In this document: one piece after another, positions 60,150 through 64,000 of the stretch
Numbering within the stretch: position 1 is the stretch's first letter
How the letters are laid out: the number at the start of each line of letters is the position of its first letter
Origin: Desulfomonilia bacterium
Lineage (GTDB): Bacteria > Desulfobacterota > Desulfomonilia > UBA1062
NCBI GenBank assembly: GCA_049975365.1
Contig: JBNGDS010000004.1
Location: 17,150 to 81,149 of the forward strand
Reading direction: 5' to 3'
DNA length: 64,000 nt
The notes under the pieces: generated by a model
The model's input: only the letters and a program-made list of their open reading frames with translations
Database searches by the model: none
Told to the model about the DNA's origin: nothing
Made by a program: the position numbers and the translations under genes

Positions 60150-61355
60150 TTACCGGATCGAATAGCCTGTCTCGCCATGGAGACTCAGGTCGAGTCCCTG
60201 TACCTCATCATCTTCAGAAACCCTCAGCCCCATGGTGTGCTTGATGATCACCAGGATGACAGCCGTTACAACGGCGGAAAAAGCCATTGCGCTCAGGGCC
60301 CCGATGATCTGTATGAGGAATTGTTTCGGGTTTCCGAAAAACAGACCGGTTGCCCCTATGGAGGCAAACAGCCCTGTGGCGAGAGCCCCCCAGAGACCTC
60401 CCATACCATGGACTGCAACAACATCAAGGGAGTCGTCATAGCCGAGTTTTTCCTTCAGCAGGACACCGAGATAACAGAGTGTTCCGCCTACGAGCCCGAT
60501 TATGAGGGCAGAGAAGGGACCCACGAACCCGGCCCCTGGTGTGATGGCAACAAGACCAGCGACAGCACCACTGGCTGCTCCCAGGGTTGTAGGTTTTCCA
60601 CGGAGTATCCGTTCTGCCAGGGTCCATGACAGGGCTGCAGTCCCTGTTGCAATCTGAGTGGTGAAGAAGGCCAGTGTCGCAATTTCGTTTGAGGCAAGTG
60701 CGCTGCCCGCGTTGAATCCAAACCATCCAAACCAGAGCAGTGATGCACCAAGGACCGTTATGGGGAGGTTGTGGGGATACATGGCCTCAGCCTTGAATCC
60801 TTTGCGTCTTCCTACAATGAACGCTGCTACAAGTGCCGCAGTCCCCGAGTTGAGGTGAATGACCGTTCCTCCTGCAAAGTCCAGTGCTCCAAGCCTGCCG
60901 AGCCATCCCCCTCCCCAGACCCAGTGGCAGATAGGGAAATAGACAAATGTACTCCATGCGATAGTGAAGACAAGGAACGAGGAGAATTTCATGCGTTCTG
61001 CAAACGCTCCGGTGATGAGGGCAGGGGTAATGATGGCGAACATGAGCTGGAATGAACTGAAGAGCAGGTGAGGGATCTTGTCTGAATAGGGTCCGGGCTC
61101 GAGGCCCACACCTCTGAAGCCTGCCCACGAGAGTGATCCGATGATTCCCCAGATATCCCCTGAGAAAGAGAGAGAATACCCGTAGATCACCCAGATGACC
61201 GAGACCACGCCGAGACAGATAAAGCTCTGCATCATCGTGGCCAGGACGTTCTTTGAACGGACGAGCCCGCCATAGAAGAGTGCGAGACCGGGTGTCATGA
61301 GCATCACCAGGGCGGTTGCAACCAACATCCACGCTGTGTCACCAGGACTGATCAT
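60150..61355 (-). CDS. amtB: Ammonium transporter (Amt family)
   Basis: 401 aa with 11 TM segments and the conserved Amt signature regions. Confidence 0.9.
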   Translation of the reverse strand: MISPGDTAWMLVATALVMLMTPGLALFYGGLVRSKNVLATMMQSFICLGVVSVIWVIYGYSLSFSGDIWGIIGSLSWAGFRGVGLEPGPYSDKIPHLLFSSFQLMFAIITPALITGAFAERMKFSSFLVFTIAWSTFVYFPICHWVWGGGWLGRLGALDFAGGTVIHLNSGTAALVAAFIVGRRKGFKAEAMYPHNLPITVLGASLLWFGWFGFNAGSALASNEIATLAFFTTQIATGTAALSWTLAERILRGKPTTLGAASGAVAGLVAITPGAGFVGPFSALIIGLVGGTLCYLGVLLKEKLGYDDSLDVVAVHGMGGLWGALATGLFASIGATGLFFGNPKQFLIQIIGALSAMAFSAVVTAVILVIIKHTMGLRVSEDDEVQGLDLSLHGETGYSIR

Positions 61356-61390
61356 GATTCAAACCTCCGTATTCAGGATAGCCCTGCATG

Positions 61391-61406
61391 AGCACAGACA
61401 ATGCCA
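61391..61406 (-). promoter_or_regulatory. Sigma-54 promoter (TGGCAT-N6-TGCT on minus strand) upstream of amtB-glnK-glnD
   Basis: Minus-strand sequence TGGCATTGTCTGTGCT has GG and GC separated by 10 nt, as in the sigma-54 consensus. It lies 32 nt upstream of the amtB ATG. A palindrome-like site sits about 70 bp further upstream (61468-61485). Confidence 0.5.
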
Positions 61407-61889
61407 GCCTGAAATTTTGTTAACATGCTGATTTACTGAAGAAAATCTGCGCAGGAAATGTGTATGGTTGAACAAGTTTGTGCAACATGCCCTGCGAGGG
61501 AACAAAAATGAGGCATGCCCGGGCTCAGGATTATGCACTGTTCATACAAGCCCGAAGCGAGCACTCGATGAGTATCACAGAAGGATTCTCCCCAAAAGAC
61601 TCATCCTCTTCCTCTCGTTCAATCATCTGCCACGCGCATTGAACGGGTTGGCGTGCTGTTCCGGGATGTTCGTGTATCCGATCGCCTTCCCGATCATGGG
61701 AATGGAATGAATCGCAGCAGCCAAGGACGGGCATGGGAAAAGATACCTTGTGTTTATCGAAAAAATAGAGGATGATACATGTAAAGTACAATATTGTATC
61801 ATCCGAACAGAAAGATCAAGGAATAGTGCGGAAGATCAAGAAATGAACAGACGAATACGGAATTCAGTGATTCAGGTCAGAGGTCTCCG

Positions 61890-64000
61890 ATGAGGTCCCT
61901 GACCCACGTGAGCACAGGGCTGTCTGGTCTCGATGAGATCATTGACTGGCTGCGTATTGGCGACAACGTTGTCTGGCAGGTTGATGACATCAGTGACTAC
62001 AAGGGTATTGTCAGGCCGTTTGTTGAAGGTGCACTGGAGAGCAACCACAAGGTTGTCTACATGCGGTTCGCTCACCACGAGCCGCTCTTCAGCCCCCGGG
62101 AAAACCTCACGATCTACACACTGAACTCAAGCCTGGGGTTTGAGACCTTTTCGACGCAGGTCCACACGATCATCACAGAAGAAGGCCAGGGTGTGTTCTA
62201 TGTGTTTGACTCCCTTTCCGATCTGCTTTCATCCTGGGCCACGGACCTCATGATCGGGAATTTTTTCCTCATCACCTGTCCCTACCTCTTTGAACTGAAC
62301 ACGATTGCCTACTTTGCCATTGTGAGGAACAGGCATTCGTATGCAACGGTCGCACGCATACGGGAGACCACCCAGGTGCTTCTGGATACCTACAACTGCG
62401 ACGGTCAGTTCTATGTCCAGCCGCTGAAGGTGTGGAAGCGCTATTCTCCCACCATGTTCCTGCCGCACATGGAGAAGGGGCAGCAGTTCATCCCCATTAC
62501 CAGCAGCGTGGATGCCGCAAAGCTCTTCACTCACATGTCGAGGTTTGCAGGCAGCTCCAAGAGGATCCTCGACTACTGGGACAGGCTTTTCATCAAAGCG
62601 GAAGACATGCTCTCGCGTGATACAGATCCGATGGCCAAGGCGAACATGGTAGAACAGCTCTGCGAAATCATGGTGACGAGAGATCCGCGGATGGCGTCCC
62701 TGGTCAAGGAACACCTGGTGCTTGAAGACATGCTCGACATCAAGGCCAGGCTCATCGGATCCGGGTTCATCGGCGGCAAGACCGTCGGTCTCCTGCTCTC
62801 ACGGAAAATCCTGTCCAAAGATCTTGAGATCGATTGGGGCAGGCACCTCGAACCGCACGATTCATTCTATGTCGGGTCCGATGTGTTCTACTCCTACCTC
62901 GTGAATAACGGGTGCTGGAAATTACGCATGGAGCAGAAAACCGAGAAAGGATATTTCAACATCGCACCGGACCTGGCCGACCGTATGCTGTACGGCACAT
63001 TCCCTGATGAGATCAAGGAACACTTTCTCCAGGTCATCGAATATTTCGGGCAATCCCCCATCATCGTCCGATCGAGCTCTCTCCTGGAAGACTCTTTCGG
63101 CAATGCATTCGCAGGCAAGTATGAGAGCATTTTCTGCGCGAATCAGGGGTCTCCGGAACAACGGTACGAAAAATTCGAAGAGGCGGTCAAGAGGATCTTT
63201 GCGAGCACCATGAACGAGGATGCCCTCATATACCGAAGGCAGCGTGGTCTGGAATTCCAGGATGAACAGATGGCCCTCCTGGTGCAGAGGGTGTCAGGGT
63301 CCTACAGGAAGCACTACTTCTTCCCGGATATCGGGGGCGTCGGCGTATCACACAACACCTTTGTCTGGAAAACGGGAATGGATTCCAGCGCTGGAATGAT
63401 CAGGATGGTCTTCGGCCTGGGAACCCGTGCAGTGGACCGTGTCGAGGGAGACTATCCTCGTGTCGTGGCCCTCGACGACCCCCTCTCCAGGCCCTTCGCA
63501 GGAATGGATGAACTGAGGACGTTTTCCCAGCACAACGTCGATGTCATCAACACAATAGAAAATGTTCTGGAGACCAAGTCGGTCATGGATCTTGTGTCAG
63601 AACGTCTGGGTATACCCATGGAGCGCATTGCGCTGTTTGATGATGAAACAACCGAGCGCATCAGGGAACGTGGAAAAAGGAACCAGGAGGCATGGATCAT
63701 CACCTTTGATGATCTTCTGACGAACTCCCTTTTCGTCGACATCATGCACAGGATGCTCAAACTCCTGGAAAAGCAGTATGCGTATCCGGTCGATATCGAA
63801 TTCACCGTGAATTTTACGGATCAGAACGGGTTCCGGATCAATCTCGTCCAGTGCCGTCCCCTCCAGACAATCGGAGAGGAGAAACCCGTTATGTTCCCTG
63901 AACGTGTACCCGATGATTCGGTGTTCTTTTCCATGGAGGGAAATTTCATGGGTGGCAGCATCTTGCAGGACATTGAACGTCTGATATACGTTGAACCGGA
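61890..64000 (+). CDS. PEP-utilising enzyme family protein (PEP synthase/PPDK-type ATP-grasp nucleotide-binding domain) with ~300 aa N-terminal extension; 3' end beyond window
   Basis: Not in the ORF track because it has no stop within the window. My translation from ATG 61890 (AGAGG RBS) gives an open frame to the window end, including IIVRSSSLLEDSFGNAFAGKYES, which matches the PPDK_N/PEP synthase ATP-binding motif VRSSATAED. Confidence 0.6.
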   Translation, partial: MRSLTHVSTGLSGLDEIIDWLRIGDNVVWQVDDISDYKGIVRPFVEGALESNHKVVYMRFAHHEPLFSPRENLTIYTLNSSLGFETFSTQVHTIITEEGQGVFYVFDSLSDLLSSWATDLMIGNFFLITCPYLFELNTIAYFAIVRNRHSYATVARIRETTQVLLDTYNCDGQFYVQPLKVWKRYSPTMFLPHMEKGQQFIPITSSVDAAKLFTHMSRFAGSSKRILDYWDRLFIKAEDMLSRDTDPMAKANMVEQLCEIMVTRDPRMASLVKEHLVLEDMLDIKARLIGSGFIGGKTVGLLLSRKILSKDLEIDWGRHLEPHDSFYVGSDVFYSYLVNNGCWKLRMEQKTEKGYFNIAPDLADRMLYGTFPDEIKEHFLQVIEYFGQSPIIVRSSSLLEDSFGNAFAGKYESIFCANQGSPEQRYEKFEEAVKRIFASTMNEDALIYRRQRGLEFQDEQMALLVQRVSGSYRKHYFFPDIGGVGVSHNTFVWKTGMDSSAGMIRMVFGLGTRAVDRVEGDYPRVVALDDPLSRPFAGMDELRTFSQHNVDVINTIENVLETKSVMDLVSERLGIPMERIALFDDETTERIRERGKRNQEAWIITFDDLLTNSLFVDIMHRMLKLLEKQYAYPVDIEFTVNFTDQNGFRINLVQCRPLQTIGEEKPVMFPERVPDDSVFFSMEGNFMGGSILQDIERLIYVEP

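Overview
This 64 kb window is GC-rich (roughly 55-58 % by eye) and looks like a chromosomal segment of an anaerobic, probably deltaproteobacterial (Desulfobacterota/Syntrophus-like) organism. That attribution is inference from gene content only. I found no CRISPR array, no integrase or transposase, and no obvious defence genes. From start to end the window holds: (1) a minus-strand operon of an XRE-cupin regulator, a TRAP transporter (DctPQM), a class II HMG-CoA reductase and an AtuA-like protein; (2) assorted metabolic genes: alpha/beta hydrolases, an M20 amidohydrolase, a 2-hydroxyacid dehydrogenase, a TPP enzyme and a SagB-type dehydrogenase; (3) hflKC, then a small ribbon-helix-helix/zinc-ribbon protein translationally coupled to znuABC; (4) a PAS-rich hybrid histidine kinase broken by a frameshift in an (AT)4 run; (5) the most interesting part, a ~20 kb co-directional cluster of 21 genes at 25107-44954 on the minus strand. 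It encodes two different radical-enzyme modules of the benzoyl-CoA reductase/2-hydroxyacyl-CoA dehydratase superfamily: a BcrCBAD-ordered module with two short ATPase subunits, and an HgdCAB-like module with a CooC-type ATPase and a Cys-motif protein. The cluster also holds three archerase-type ATPases in total, a radical SAM/SPASM enzyme, an ADP-forming CoA-ligase alpha-like protein, a crotonase, two acyl-CoA dehydrogenases, three paralogous proteins of unknown family and two paralogous TetR regulators. I propose it is an undescribed anaerobic CoA-ester (aromatic/alicyclic/hydroxy-acid) pathway; (6) an amino-acid ABC transporter, tRNA-Thr(CGU) and a string of small miscellaneous genes; (7) purF, a sigma-54-driven AsnA/class-II-aaRS-like gene, and amtB-glnK-glnD (glnD interrupted by an in-frame TAG) with its own sigma-54 promoter. 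Both sigma-54 promoters share a TGAACAA..TTGTTCA palindromic upstream motif. The window ends in a partial PEP-utilising-enzyme gene.
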